Both the position numbers and the translations under genes were made by a program. A stretch of 64,000 bases of DNA from an uncultured Chloroflexia bacterium (lineage in GTDB: Bacteria > Chloroflexota > Dehalococcoidia > DSTF01 > JALHUB01). The stretch is taken from assembly GCA_963703345.1 (NCBI GenBank), contig OY969814.1, positions 352,001 to 416,000 of the forward strand. Direction: 5' to 3'. The notes under the pieces are model-generated. The model saw nothing but the letters and a program-made list of their open reading frames with translations, was not told the DNA's origin and did not search any database. Shown here piece by piece: positions 28,637 through 37,558 of this stretch (the stretch's first letter is position 1; every line of letters starts with the position of its first letter).

Positions 28637-30041
28637 CGGCGAATCTGCGTCGCTTCAGCGGCGAGAGCGGGCTGTTCTTTCGAACCGGCGCTTCCGCAGC
28701 CTCTGGCTGGCGCAGCTCCTGTCGCAGATCGCTCAGAACGCCATCCTGTTTACGCTCCTCATCGTCGTTCTCACGAAGACGAACTCGACGACCGACACCA
28801 GCATCCTCGTTCTCTCCTACGTCGTGCCGTCGCTGCTGTTCGGCATGGTCGGCGGCGTCCTCGTCGACCGCTGGCGAAAGCGCGACATCCTTATTGCGAC
28901 GAACGCCTTCCGCTCGCTGGCCGCTATCGCCTTTCTCCTCAGCAAAGACCACGTCGAGGCGATATTCGCGGTCAATATCGTCTTCTCCGCCGTCGGCCAG
29001 TTCTTCGCCACCGCCGAGGTCGCCACCGTGCCGTCGCTGGTGCCGAAAAACCAGCTCATGGCCGCCAACAGCCTCGTTAGCCTTGCCTGGACGGGCGCGC
29101 AGTTCATCGGCATGGTCTTCATAGCGCCGATATTCCTCAAGACCTTCGGCGTTGACGCCCTCTTCCTCGTGACGGCCCTCTCCTTCGTCGCCGCGTCGGT
29201 GCTAACGCGCTCGCTTCCCAAGGACGTGGGCGCGCACCAGGCCGGAGAGGCCGTCGAGCCGCGAGCGCCCCAGGCGGCGCCTCGCGAGTTGGCCAAAGCG
29301 CTGCGTCTGCTTCGCTCCGACCCCGCGTCCTGCCTGGCGATGGCGCAGCTCACGCTGAGCAGCTCGCTCGTCCTCCTCTTCGCGGTGCTGGTGCCGCGCT
29401 TCATGCAGGAAGTGCTCGACGTGCGGCCGGACGACGCCGTCTACGTCTTCGCTCCAACCGGCGTCGGCGCCATCCTCGGGCTGCGGCTCCTCCCCTGGCT
29501 GGCGCAGCGGATAGGGAAGGACCGGCTAGTCGCCTTCGGGCTCATCGGGCTGGCCGTCTGTCTGGTAGCGATGGGGCTGGTCCAGAACATGGCCGCCGCC
29601 CTGCAACGAACAGAAGACCTTAACCCGTTCGGGGCGGAGCGGCTTGGCGGGCTCTCGCTGCTCGTCGCCTTGACGATGATCGTCGCCGGTCCGCTCGGCC
29701 TCGCCTACGCGATGGTGAACGCGCCGGCCCAAACCGTTTTGCATGAGAGGGCGCCCCCGGAGATGCGAGGACGCGTCTTCGGCGCCCAGCTTGCCTTAGC
29801 GAGTCTTGCCGCGATCATCCCACTGCTACTCGTGGGCGCCGTGGCCGACATATATGGTGTGAGCTTCGTGCTGTTCGCCATCGCCGTCGTCGTGGCGGCG
29901 CTGGCCGCCCTCAGCCTGCACGTGCTTGACCGCCAGCAGAAAGTGGCGCTAGCGCAACAGACCGAGGCGACGGCAGCCACGGTCGAGCGGCCCGCGGAGG
30001 CGAAAACAGCTTCGATTGACACCGAAGAAGGGGTCGGCTAG
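28629..30041 (+). CDS. MFS transporter (second of a tandem pair)
   Basis: GVLVDRWRKR motif A, MRGRVFG; overlaps the upstream MFS gene by 8 nt. Confidence 0.87.
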   Translation: MPDGESASLQRRERAVLSNRRFRSLWLAQLLSQIAQNAILFTLLIVVLTKTNSTTDTSILVLSYVVPSLLFGMVGGVLVDRWRKRDILIATNAFRSLAAIAFLLSKDHVEAIFAVNIVFSAVGQFFATAEVATVPSLVPKNQLMAANSLVSLAWTGAQFIGMVFIAPIFLKTFGVDALFLVTALSFVAASVLTRSLPKDVGAHQAGEAVEPRAPQAAPRELAKALRLLRSDPASCLAMAQLTLSSSLVLLFAVLVPRFMQEVLDVRPDDAVYVFAPTGVGAILGLRLLPWLAQRIGKDRLVAFGLIGLAVCLVAMGLVQNMAAALQRTEDLNPFGAERLGGLSLLVALTMIVAGPLGLAYAMVNAPAQTVLHERAPPEMRGRVFGAQLALASLAAIIPLLLVGAVADIYGVSFVLFAIAVVVAALAALSLHVLDRQQKVALAQQTEATAATVERPAEAKTASIDTEEGVG

Positions 30042-30082
30042 ACTGGTTAGGCGAGTCCGAGTCGGGAGTCGGAGGTGGTGGG

Positions 30083-30619
30083 ATGATTGAGATGAGCATA
30101 GAGAGCATCCGCGTTAGTCTTATGAACTATCAGCGGGTGGTGATACTTAAAGAGAAGAACGCGGAACGCTATCTGCCCATCTGGATCGGGCCGGCCGAGG
30201 CGGACGCCATAGCCGTGCGCCTGCAGGACGTTTCAGTCGCGCGTCCGCTCACCCACGACCTCCTGCGCTCGATTATCGACGCCCTGGGCGCCGAGATAAA
30301 CTGCATCATCGTCAACGATCTCGCGAACGACACTTTCTACGCGCGCATCGTGCTCTACGTCAACGGGCGCTCCATGGAGATCGACTCGCGCCCCAGTGAC
30401 GCCATCGCTCTCGCCGTTCGGGCCAACGTCCCCATCTTCGCTGACGAGTCGGTGCTGGAGAAGGCGGGCGTCCTTCTGGACAAGGACGGCGAGAAAGCCG
30501 TCGGCGAGGAGCTTCGCGAGGTGCAGCCGGAAGAGCTGGAGAAGATGTCCGCCTTCCGCGACTTCATCGAAAGCCTCGACCTGGACGACTTCGAGAAGCG
30601 CCGCCCGCACGGTAAATAG
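30083..30619 (+). CDS. Bifunctional nuclease family (DUF151) protein
   Basis: YLPIWIGPAEA, RPLTHDLL, FYARI, DSRPSDAIALA; GGAGG RBS. Confidence 0.93.
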   Translation: MIEMSIESIRVSLMNYQRVVILKEKNAERYLPIWIGPAEADAIAVRLQDVSVARPLTHDLLRSIIDALGAEINCIIVNDLANDTFYARIVLYVNGRSMEIDSRPSDAIALAVRANVPIFADESVLEKAGVLLDKDGEKAVGEELREVQPEELEKMSAFRDFIESLDLDDFEKRRPHGK

Positions 30620-30640
30620 CATTTGTTGCGAAGACAACCT

Positions 30641-30664
30641 GAGAGGCGCTCAACGGCGCCTCTC
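30641..30664 (+). terminator. Hairpin downstream of the DUF151 gene
   Basis: GAGAGGCGC-TCAACG-GCGCCTCTC followed by only a weak T tail. Confidence 0.45.
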
Positions 30665-30690
30665 TTCCATTTGCGGCGGCGGTCGCCTCT

Positions 30691-30716
30691 GTAGGGTCGG
30701 GGTCTGTGCCCAACTC
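30691..30716. repeat. GTAG-led imperfect palindrome (REP-like)
   Basis: GTAG overlapping the arm GGGTCGGG-GTCTGTG-CCCAACTC; same architecture as 11197-11221. Confidence 0.45.
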
Positions 30717-30747
30717 GAAACCATACCCTCAGACGCAGCGAAGCGGC

Positions 30748-30776
30748 TTGACATAGCAGGAATTCGCTGATATAGT
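30748..30776 (+). promoter_or_regulatory. Near-consensus sigma70 promoter of the T-box-trpB2-trpS transcript
   Basis: TTGACA-17 bp-TATAGT. Confidence 0.8.
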
Positions 30777-30799
30777 CAGTCCACATCTGAATAGGGAAC

Positions 30800-31106
30800 G
30801 GCTGAGAGCAGGACTAGTAGGCCGGAAAGCGGGGCTCCCCGCCATGGGCGGGGGCCAGAGAGCCGGAAACGGTGAGAGCCGGCGCCAGCGCAACGACCAA
30901 ATGGACCTGGGAGCCGCAAACCGAACGGTCGCCTAGGGCGACCAAGTAGGCTTTGTCGGAGGGGCACCGTTAGCAGAGCCCAGGGTATCGTCCGCCTAAG
31001 GCGACCGTACCTGATAGAGATGTCCCGGCGCCCGCGCGGTCCGTCGGGGCAAGTAGGGTGGCACCGCGAGAACGCTCTCGCCCTTACGGGCGGGGGCTTT
31101 TTGTTT
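30800..31106 (+). ncRNA. T-box riboswitch, tryptophan-specific (transcriptional)
   Basis: AGTAG, AGAGAG and GGTGAGA stem I motifs; specifier TGG at 30902-30904; CCGTTA; T-box AGGGTGGCACCGCG at 31055-31068; terminator hairpin plus T-run at about 31074-31106. Confidence 0.92.
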
Positions 31107-31157
31107 GGTGGAAATGCCAAGCAGCGCCTCGGCGCTAGACCAAAGAAAGGAGGAAGC

Positions 31158-32510
31158 ATGGACACCAAATTCATTCTGCCGGAGAAGGAGATGCCGTCGC
31201 GCTGGTACAACGTCCAGGCGGACCTGCCGTCGCCGCTGCCGCCGGTGCTCCATCCGGCCACGAAACAGCCCATCGGGCCGCAGGACCTAGCGCCGCTCTT
31301 CCCGATGGAGTTAATCCGGCAGGAGGTAAGCACGGAGCGCTACATCGACATCCCGGAGGAGGTCCGGGACATACTGAAGCTGTGGCGTCCAACGCCCCTC
31401 TTCCGGGCACACCGCCTGGAGAAGGCGCTGGGCACGCCGGCGAAGATCTACTATAAGTACGAAGGCGTCAGCCCGGTCGGCTCGCACAAGCCGAACACGG
31501 CCGTCGCCCAGGCTTACTACAACATGAAAGAGGGCGTCAAACGGCTCACTACCGAGACCGGCGCCGGACAGTGGGGAAGCGCCCTGGCCATGGGGTGCAA
31601 CTTCTTCGGCATCGAGCTGAAGGTTTACATGGTCAAGGTCAGCTACTTCCAGAAGCCTTACCGCCGTTCTCTCATCGAGACCTTTGGCGCCAAGGTCGTT
31701 CCGAGCCCCAGTCCCGACACGCAGGCCGGTCGCAACGCGCTGGCGGAAGACCCCGATGCCAGCGGCAGCCTGGGCCTGGCGATAAGCGAGGCGGTAGAGG
31801 ACTGCGTGGGCCGCGAGGACACCAAGTACTCGCTCGGCAGCGTGCTCAACCACGTCCTGATGCACCAGACGGTCATCGGCGAAGAGGCGCTCAAGCAGAT
31901 GGAGATGGCCGGCGACTACCCGGACATGGTCATCGGCTGCGTCGGCGGCGGCTCCAACTTTGCCGGCATCGCCCTTCCCTTCGTCCGCGGCATCTTGACA
32001 GGCGGCAAGAAGACGCGACTTCTCGCCGTCGAGCCGGAGGCCTGCCCCAGCCTGACCCGCGGCGCCGACGTCTACGACTACGGCGACACGGCGGGCATGG
32101 CGCCCATAGTCAAGATGTTCACTCTCGGACACACGTTCGCGCCGCCGGCCATCCACGCCGGAGGGCTGCGGTACCATGGCATGGCGCCGATCATATCGGA
32201 ACTCCAGCGGCTGCGGTTGGTGGAATCGCGGGCGTACCACCAGAACACGGTATTCCAGGCGGCCGTCCAGTTCGCCCGAGCGGAAGGCATCGTGCCGGCG
32301 CCGGAGCCCGCGCACGCAATTCGCGCTGTCATCGACGAAGCGCTTGCCTGCAAGCAGTCCGGCGAGTCGAAGGTCATCCTGCTGGCGCTGAGCGGCCACG
32401 GGCACTTCGACATGTCGGCGTACGACAAGTACTTCTCCGGCGAGCTGGAGGACTACGCATACCCGGAGGAGAAGGTGCGAGAGGCGCTGGCGCACGTGCC
32501 GCAAGTCTGA
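31158..32510 (+). CDS. trpB2: Tryptophan synthase beta chain 2 (TrpB2)
   Basis: [59 protein letters not shown]; AGGAGG RBS. Confidence 0.95.
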   Translation: MDTKFILPEKEMPSRWYNVQADLPSPLPPVLHPATKQPIGPQDLAPLFPMELIRQEVSTERYIDIPEEVRDILKLWRPTPLFRAHRLEKALGTPAKIYYKYEGVSPVGSHKPNTAVAQAYYNMKEGVKRLTTETGAGQWGSALAMGCNFFGIELKVYMVKVSYFQKPYRRSLIETFGAKVVPSPSPDTQAGRNALAEDPDASGSLGLAISEAVEDCVGREDTKYSLGSVLNHVLMHQTVIGEEALKQMEMAGDYPDMVIGCVGGGSNFAGIALPFVRGILTGGKKTRLLAVEPEACPSLTRGADVYDYGDTAGMAPIVKMFTLGHTFAPPAIHAGGLRYHGMAPIISELQRLRLVESRAYHQNTVFQAAVQFARAEGIVPAPEPAHAIRAVIDEALACKQSGESKVILLALSGHGHFDMSAYDKYFSGELEDYAYPEEKVREALAHVPQV

Positions 32511-32541
32511 AAGGATATGCTATCGTAAAGCAAAACAACGC

Positions 32542-33546
32542 ATGGCCAAACAACGCATTCTGACGGGGATCCGGCCGACCGGCGCGCTCCACCTGGGGCA
32601 CTACGCCGGCGCGCTCGAGAACTGGGTGCGGCTGCAGGACGAATACGAATGCTTCTTCCTCATCGCCGACTACCAGGTCTCCGACTACGCGGACGACATC
32701 GACACGGTGCGTCAGGCGGTCTTTGAGATCGCCATGGACTGGCTGGCCGTCGGCCTGGACCCGCAGCGCAGCCACTTCGTCATCGAAAGCCTTGTCCCGG
32801 AGCACGCCGAGCTCACCATCTGGTTGAGCTGGTACGTCGGGCTGGGCCGCCTGCAGCGCAATCCGACGCTCAAGGCGGAGATGGACGAGCTGGAATCGCG
32901 GTCGAAGGAAGCCGTGCCCGTCGCCTTCTTCACCTACCCCGTCATGCAGGTGGCGAACATCCTCATGCCGAAGGCGAACCTCGTGCCGACGGGCGAGGAC
33001 CAGTCTCCGCACGTGGAGCTGACGCGCGAGGTGGCGCGTCGCTTCAACCGTCTCTTCGGCGAGGTGTTCCCGGAGCCGGAGGGGCTCGTCGGACGGGTGC
33101 CGCGCCTCGTCGGCATCGACGGCCAGGCCAAGATGAGCAAGTCGTTGAACAACGCCATCTACTTAAAGGACGACGCCGAGACGGTGACGCAGAAGGTGAT
33201 GCGCATGTTCACCGACCCGACGCGCATCCACGCCGACGATCCGGGCCACGTGGAGGGCAATCCAGTCTTCATGTACCACGACGCCTTCAATCCGGATAAG
33301 GCGGAGGTGCGGGACCTCAAGGAGCGCTACGTCGTCGGCAAGGTCGGCGACGTGGAGGTGAAGCAGAAGCTGGCGCGAGCGTTGAACGCCCTGATGGATC
33401 CCATCCGCGAGCGACGCGCCCGCTATGAGGCGCAGCCAGCGCTGGTCCGCGAGGCGCTGGCCGCCGGCAGCGGCCACGCCAAGCGCGTCGCAGAGCAGAC
33501 GATGGCGGAGGTGCGCGCGGCCCTGCGCTTGAACTACCTGGGCTGA
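32542..33546 (+). CDS. trpS: Tryptophanyl-tRNA synthetase
   Basis: TGIRPTGALHLGH, YPVMQ, GEDQ, KMSKS. Confidence 0.96.
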   Translation: MAKQRILTGIRPTGALHLGHYAGALENWVRLQDEYECFFLIADYQVSDYADDIDTVRQAVFEIAMDWLAVGLDPQRSHFVIESLVPEHAELTIWLSWYVGLGRLQRNPTLKAEMDELESRSKEAVPVAFFTYPVMQVANILMPKANLVPTGEDQSPHVELTREVARRFNRLFGEVFPEPEGLVGRVPRLVGIDGQAKMSKSLNNAIYLKDDAETVTQKVMRMFTDPTRIHADDPGHVEGNPVFMYHDAFNPDKAEVRDLKERYVVGKVGDVEVKQKLARALNALMDPIRERRARYEAQPALVREALAAGSGHAKRVAEQTMAEVRAALRLNYLG

Positions 33547-33649
33547 CGGAACGTCGTGGCCCGGGGCGAAACGTGCATGTCGACGGCGGTCGGAGGCATT
33601 CCGGCCGCCGTCACCTATTGTCAGCCGACCGCTCCTGGCCGAATGTGCG

Positions 33650-33763
33650 ATGCACTCTGGACGAGGATGGAATGCCGCGTCGGACGTCAACGGCGATGGG
33701 CACGTTCACCTCCGAGACCTTGAGATAGGTCTTCAGTCGATGCGATCTTGGAAATGCCGATAG
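33650..33763 (+). pseudogene. Isolated dockerin-like/EF-hand Ca-loop fragment (remnant or micro-ORF)
   Basis: Translates as MHSGRGWNAASDVNGDGHVHLRDLEIGLQSMRSWKCR*; DxNxDGxVxxxD pattern. Confidence 0.4.
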
Positions 33764-33776
33764 GCGGGGCGATCTG

Positions 33777-34598
33777 TCAGGCTTTGACGGCGACGACCTG
33801 TAGCCAATTCCGCGGCACCGTCGTCAGCTTCAACTCGCGGAAGGCTTCCGCAGCGCCGCGGCGCAGGCAGTCGGCGGCAAGCGCCAGGGGGACGCCGGGC
33901 AAAGCTCCTCGGGCAAACAGCTCGTACTCGCTGATCGCCTGGAAGCCCTCCAGCGGCATGTCGACCGGGCACAGCTCCAGCCGTTGCACATTGAAGCCGC
34001 CATCGGCAAGCAACTGTTTGTACTCGTTGACGCTGAGTTGGATGCGCGCCTGCGCCCGCTCTTCCTTCTCGCGACGCATCTCCGGGTTCTCGTCGCGGAA
34101 GATGCGCATCGCGCGGCGCACCCACAGCACGTAGAACGGCATCGTGTCGGCCGGCTGGGCGCCCTCGAAGAATGTGCTGTTGAAGGCGAAGAGGCCGCGC
34201 TCCCTGAGCGCCTCCGACACCTCGTGCAGCATCCGCCGCTTGTCTTCGACGAGATGGATGGCGTTGCAGAAGACGACCGCGTCGGCGGTGCGCTGGACGA
34301 AGCGCGAAAGGTTCTCGGCCTGGCCGGAGACGAAGCGCACGACGGCGCCCCAGCGCTCCTGCAGGTCCCGACGCGCCAGCTCAAGCGCCGAGTCCGACGG
34401 CTCTACGGCGACGACTTCGCCCTTGTCCGGGTGCATCGTCTCCAGGATCAGCGTCGTGACCGCACCCGTGCCGGCGCCGAGGTTGACGACCCGCTGCGAC
34501 GGCCCGAGCCCGCACATTTCGACGAGGCGGCGGTTGATGGCAGTGTAGAACGGCTGGCTGGCGAACTTCCGGAACGAGTCTCCTTCTAACTCCGTCAT
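33777..34598 (-). CDS. Class I SAM-dependent methyltransferase
   Basis: VVNLGAGTG motif I, VAVEPS, ADAVVFCNAIH; GGAGG RBS; last gene of the dap operon. Confidence 0.87.
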   Translation of the reverse strand: MTELEGDSFRKFASQPFYTAINRRLVEMCGLGPSQRVVNLGAGTGAVTTLILETMHPDKGEVVAVEPSDSALELARRDLQERWGAVVRFVSGQAENLSRFVQRTADAVVFCNAIHLVEDKRRMLHEVSEALRERGLFAFNSTFFEGAQPADTMPFYVLWVRRAMRIFRDENPEMRREKEERAQARIQLSVNEYKQLLADGGFNVQRLELCPVDMPLEGFQAISEYELFARGALPGVPLALAADCLRRGAAEAFRELKLTTVPRNWLQVVAVKA

Positions 34599-34617
34599 TC
34601 CTGAGCCTCCTCTGGCC

Positions 34618-35517
34618 TTATGCGGGAACCACGAGGTCGATGCGCTGGCGGCGAACCTCGGCCATGATCTTCGCCGCGCCCGCTTCGTCCGGCTCAACGA
34701 GCGGCAGTCGCAGGCCGCCGACCCTGCAGCCGAGCTCGCGCAGGGCGTACTTGATTGGTATCGGGTTGCTGGCGACGGTCATCAGCGTCACCATCAGCGG
34801 CAGGAGGCGTCGGTGAATCGCCGCCGCTTCCTCCACCTTGCCGTCGAGGAACTTGTCGATGATCTCGCGCATCTGCAGGCCGACGAGGTGTGAGACGACG
34901 CAGATGACGCCGTAGCCGCCGATCGACAGGATGGGCAGCGTGTCGGAGTCGTTGCCGCTCCAGATGCGGAAGTCCTCCCGCGAGCGCGAGATTATCTGGC
35001 CTATCTGCTCCAAATTCCCGCTGGCTTCCTTCAGCCCGGCGATGTTCGGGATCCCCGACAGCCGGATGCTCGTCTCCGCCGTCATGTTGACGCCGGTGCG
35101 CCCGGGGATGTTGTAGAGGATGCAGGGCAGGCTCGTCTCGCGGGCCAGCGTCTCGAAGTGACGGAATAGCCCCTCCTGCGTCGGCTTGTTGTAGTAAGGC
35201 ACCGTCAGCAGGAGCGCGTCGACGCCGGCGGCCTCCGCCTCGCGGCCCAGCTTCGCGCTCTCGGCCGTATTGTAGTTGCCGCTGCCGGCCACGACGACGC
35301 CGGAGCTACCCACCGCCTCCTTTACCGCCTTGAAAAGACCCACCTTCTCATCGTGACTGAGCGTGGGCACCTCGCCGGTCGTTCCGGCCACGACGACGCC
35401 GTCGCTGCCCGAGCGCAGGAGCGCCAGCGCCAGTTCCTGCGCCTGCCGGTAGTCGACAGCGCCTTCGTCGTTGAAGGGGGTGATCATCGCCGTCAGCAAA
35501 CGGCCTATCTCTACCAT
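34618..35517 (-). CDS. dapA: 4-hydroxy-tetrahydrodipicolinate synthase
   Basis: TAMITPF, GTTGE, PYYNKP, LYNIPGRTG, LKEAS, NPIPIK. Confidence 0.96.
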   Translation of the reverse strand: MVEIGRLLTAMITPFNDEGAVDYRQAQELALALLRSGSDGVVVAGTTGEVPTLSHDEKVGLFKAVKEAVGSSGVVVAGSGNYNTAESAKLGREAEAAGVDALLLTVPYYNKPTQEGLFRHFETLARETSLPCILYNIPGRTGVNMTAETSIRLSGIPNIAGLKEASGNLEQIGQIISRSREDFRIWSGNDSDTLPILSIGGYGVICVVSHLVGLQMREIIDKFLDGKVEEAAAIHRRLLPLMVTLMTVASNPIPIKYALRELGCRVGGLRLPLVEPDEAGAAKIMAEVRRQRIDLVVPA

Positions 35518-35537
35518 GATGTCCTCCTCCGGCGGGG

Positions 35538-36557
35538 TTAGACGAGGTCTCTCTTTACCAGCTCTTCGGCTATCTGAATTGCGTTGAGGGCGGCCCCCTT
35601 GCGGAGGTTGTCGGAAGAGATCCACATCGCAATGGAGTTCGGGTGAGAGTCGTCCTGACGGATGCGGCCCACGAACACGTCGTCCTCACCGGCGGCAAGC
35701 CAGGGAAGCGGGTAGAGGCTAATGCTCGGATCGTCCTGCACCGTCACGCCCGGCGACTCGGCGAGGATGTCGCGCACCTCGTCCGGGTCCATCGGATGCG
35801 TCAACTCCACGTGCACCGCGCAGCTATGCGAGATCATGACCGGCACGCGGACGCAGGTCGCCGACATAGCGATCGTCTCGTCGTGCATGATCTTGCGGGT
35901 CTCGTGGATCATCTTCCACTCCTCTTTGGTGTAGCCGCTGTCCATGAAGACGTCGATCTGCGGGAGCAGGTTGAACGCTATCTGGTGCGGATAGACGTGG
36001 GGCGAGGCGTCCTTTCCCTCGAGCACTTGCTTCGTTTGCGTCACGAGCTCGTCGACCGCCGCCTTGCCGGTGCCGGAAACGGACTGGTAGGTGTCGGCGA
36101 TGACGCGCTTTACCGGGTTCACCCTGTGAATCGGCCACAGACACATGACCACCGGCGTCGTCGAGCAGTTGGGTATGGAGATGATGCCGTGGTGCTTCGC
36201 CACGTCGTCGGCGTTCACCTCCGGCACGACGAGCGGCACTCTCGGGTCCATGCGCCAGGCAGAGCTGTCGTCGATGGCGATGGCGCCGACCTGGGCAGCT
36301 ATCGGGCAGTAGTCGCGCGAAGCCTGGCCGCTGGCGGACACGAAGACGAAGTCGGCGCCGGCGAAGGAGTCGTTCGTCGTCTCTTCCACCGTGATCTCCT
36401 GGTCGCCGACGACGATCTTCTTGCCGGCGGAGCGAGAGGTGGCGAGCAGGCGCAGCCCCTTCACCGGGAACTTGCGCTGCTGCAGGATGCCCAGGAACTC
36501 GCGACCCACCATGCCGGTGGCACCGACGACGGCGATGTTGTACTTCTTGTCAGACAT
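35538..36557 (-). CDS. asd: Aspartate-semialdehyde dehydrogenase
   Basis: VGATGMVG, VVPEVN, PNCST, TYQSVSGTG, CVRVPV, DNLRKGAA. Confidence 0.97.
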   Translation of the reverse strand: MSDKKYNIAVVGATGMVGREFLGILQQRKFPVKGLRLLATSRSAGKKIVVGDQEITVEETTNDSFAGADFVFVSASGQASRDYCPIAAQVGAIAIDDSSAWRMDPRVPLVVPEVNADDVAKHHGIISIPNCSTTPVVMCLWPIHRVNPVKRVIADTYQSVSGTGKAAVDELVTQTKQVLEGKDASPHVYPHQIAFNLLPQIDVFMDSGYTKEEWKMIHETRKIMHDETIAMSATCVRVPVMISHSCAVHVELTHPMDPDEVRDILAESPGVTVQDDPSISLYPLPWLAAGEDDVFVGRIRQDDSHPNSIAMWISSDNLRKGAALNAIQIAEELVKRDLV

Positions 36558-36671
36558 GAGCGCTCAACTTCCTGCTAGATTCAGGCCTATCAGTAGCGGG
36601 CGACCCGCCACTGCCCCATCGCGGGATAGGAGGTTACGCGCCGTCCGTCTCCAATCGCACGGTGAGCTATC

Positions 36672-36701
36672 ATAATAATGGCAGAAGGGGGGATCAGGCA
36701 A
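36672..36701 (-). promoter_or_regulatory. Putative internal promoter upstream of asd
   Basis: Minus strand TTGCCT-18 bp-TATTAT. Confidence 0.5.
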
Positions 36702-36727
36702 CAGCGGCAGCGTTTCGGAATCTGCCG

Positions 36728-37522
36728 CTAGAGGCCGATGAGCTTGTCCAGGCCGCGCACGAGCTCGCTGCGCTGCATCACTTCTTTCGTCGCCAGAAGC
36801 ACGCCCGGCATGAAGGAATCGCGGCCCGTGGAGTCGTGACGGATGGTCAGCGTCTGACCCGTCCCGCCGAAGATGACCTCCTGGTGAGCAACCAGTCCCG
36901 GCAGGCGCACGCTGTGGATGGCTATGCCGCCAAGGGAGCCGCCGCGCGTTCCTGCCACCATCTCCTTCTGCGTCGGCGCTTCCAGGAAGGGACGGCCGCG
37001 ACTGGCCAGCATCCCCTGCGCGGTCGCTATCGCCGTCCCGGAGGGCGCGTCGACCTTCTGGTTGTGGTGCAGCTCGATAATCTCGGCGTGGTCGAGGTGT
37101 TTCGAGACGATTCGCGCCAGGTGCATCATGAGCACCGCGCCGATGGCGAAATTCGACGCGGCGACGGCGCCGATCCCCTTCTCCTTGCAGCCGCGCTCCA
37201 GTTCGGAGAGCAGGTCTTCGGATAGGCCCGTCGTGCCGATGACCATGCGGACGCCGTTGTCCAGCGCCGCTTTCACGACCTGCGGCGTCCAGTCGGCGTG
37301 AGTGAAGTCGATGATCACGTCGGGGCGGGAGCGCGAGAGCAGCGCCTGCGGGTCCTTGTCCAGATGGACGAGGCCCGAGCCGTCCGGCAGCGAGACGTAC
37401 TCCTCGGCGGAGAACTTCTCGAGAACGCCGACGGGTTCCAGTTCAGCGTCGCTGCAGACCGCCGCCAGTATCTCCCGGCCCATCTTGCCGGTGCCGCTGA
37501 CAACCACTCGAATTTGAGCCAT
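36728..37522 (-). CDS. dapB: 4-hydroxy-tetrahydrodipicolinate reductase
   Basis: GTGKMG, IDFT, IGTTG, EIIELHHNQKVDAPSGTA. Confidence 0.96.
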   Translation of the reverse strand: MAQIRVVVSGTGKMGREILAAVCSDAELEPVGVLEKFSAEEYVSLPDGSGLVHLDKDPQALLSRSRPDVIIDFTHADWTPQVVKAALDNGVRMVIGTTGLSEDLLSELERGCKEKGIGAVAASNFAIGAVLMMHLARIVSKHLDHAEIIELHHNQKVDAPSGTAIATAQGMLASRGRPFLEAPTQKEMVAGTRGGSLGGIAIHSVRLPGLVAHQEVIFGGTGQTLTIRHDSTGRDSFMPGVLLATKEVMQRSELVRGLDKLIGL

Positions 37523-37558
37523 GGTACTTCCCTGTGACCAGCCGCTGCGAGCTAGCCT

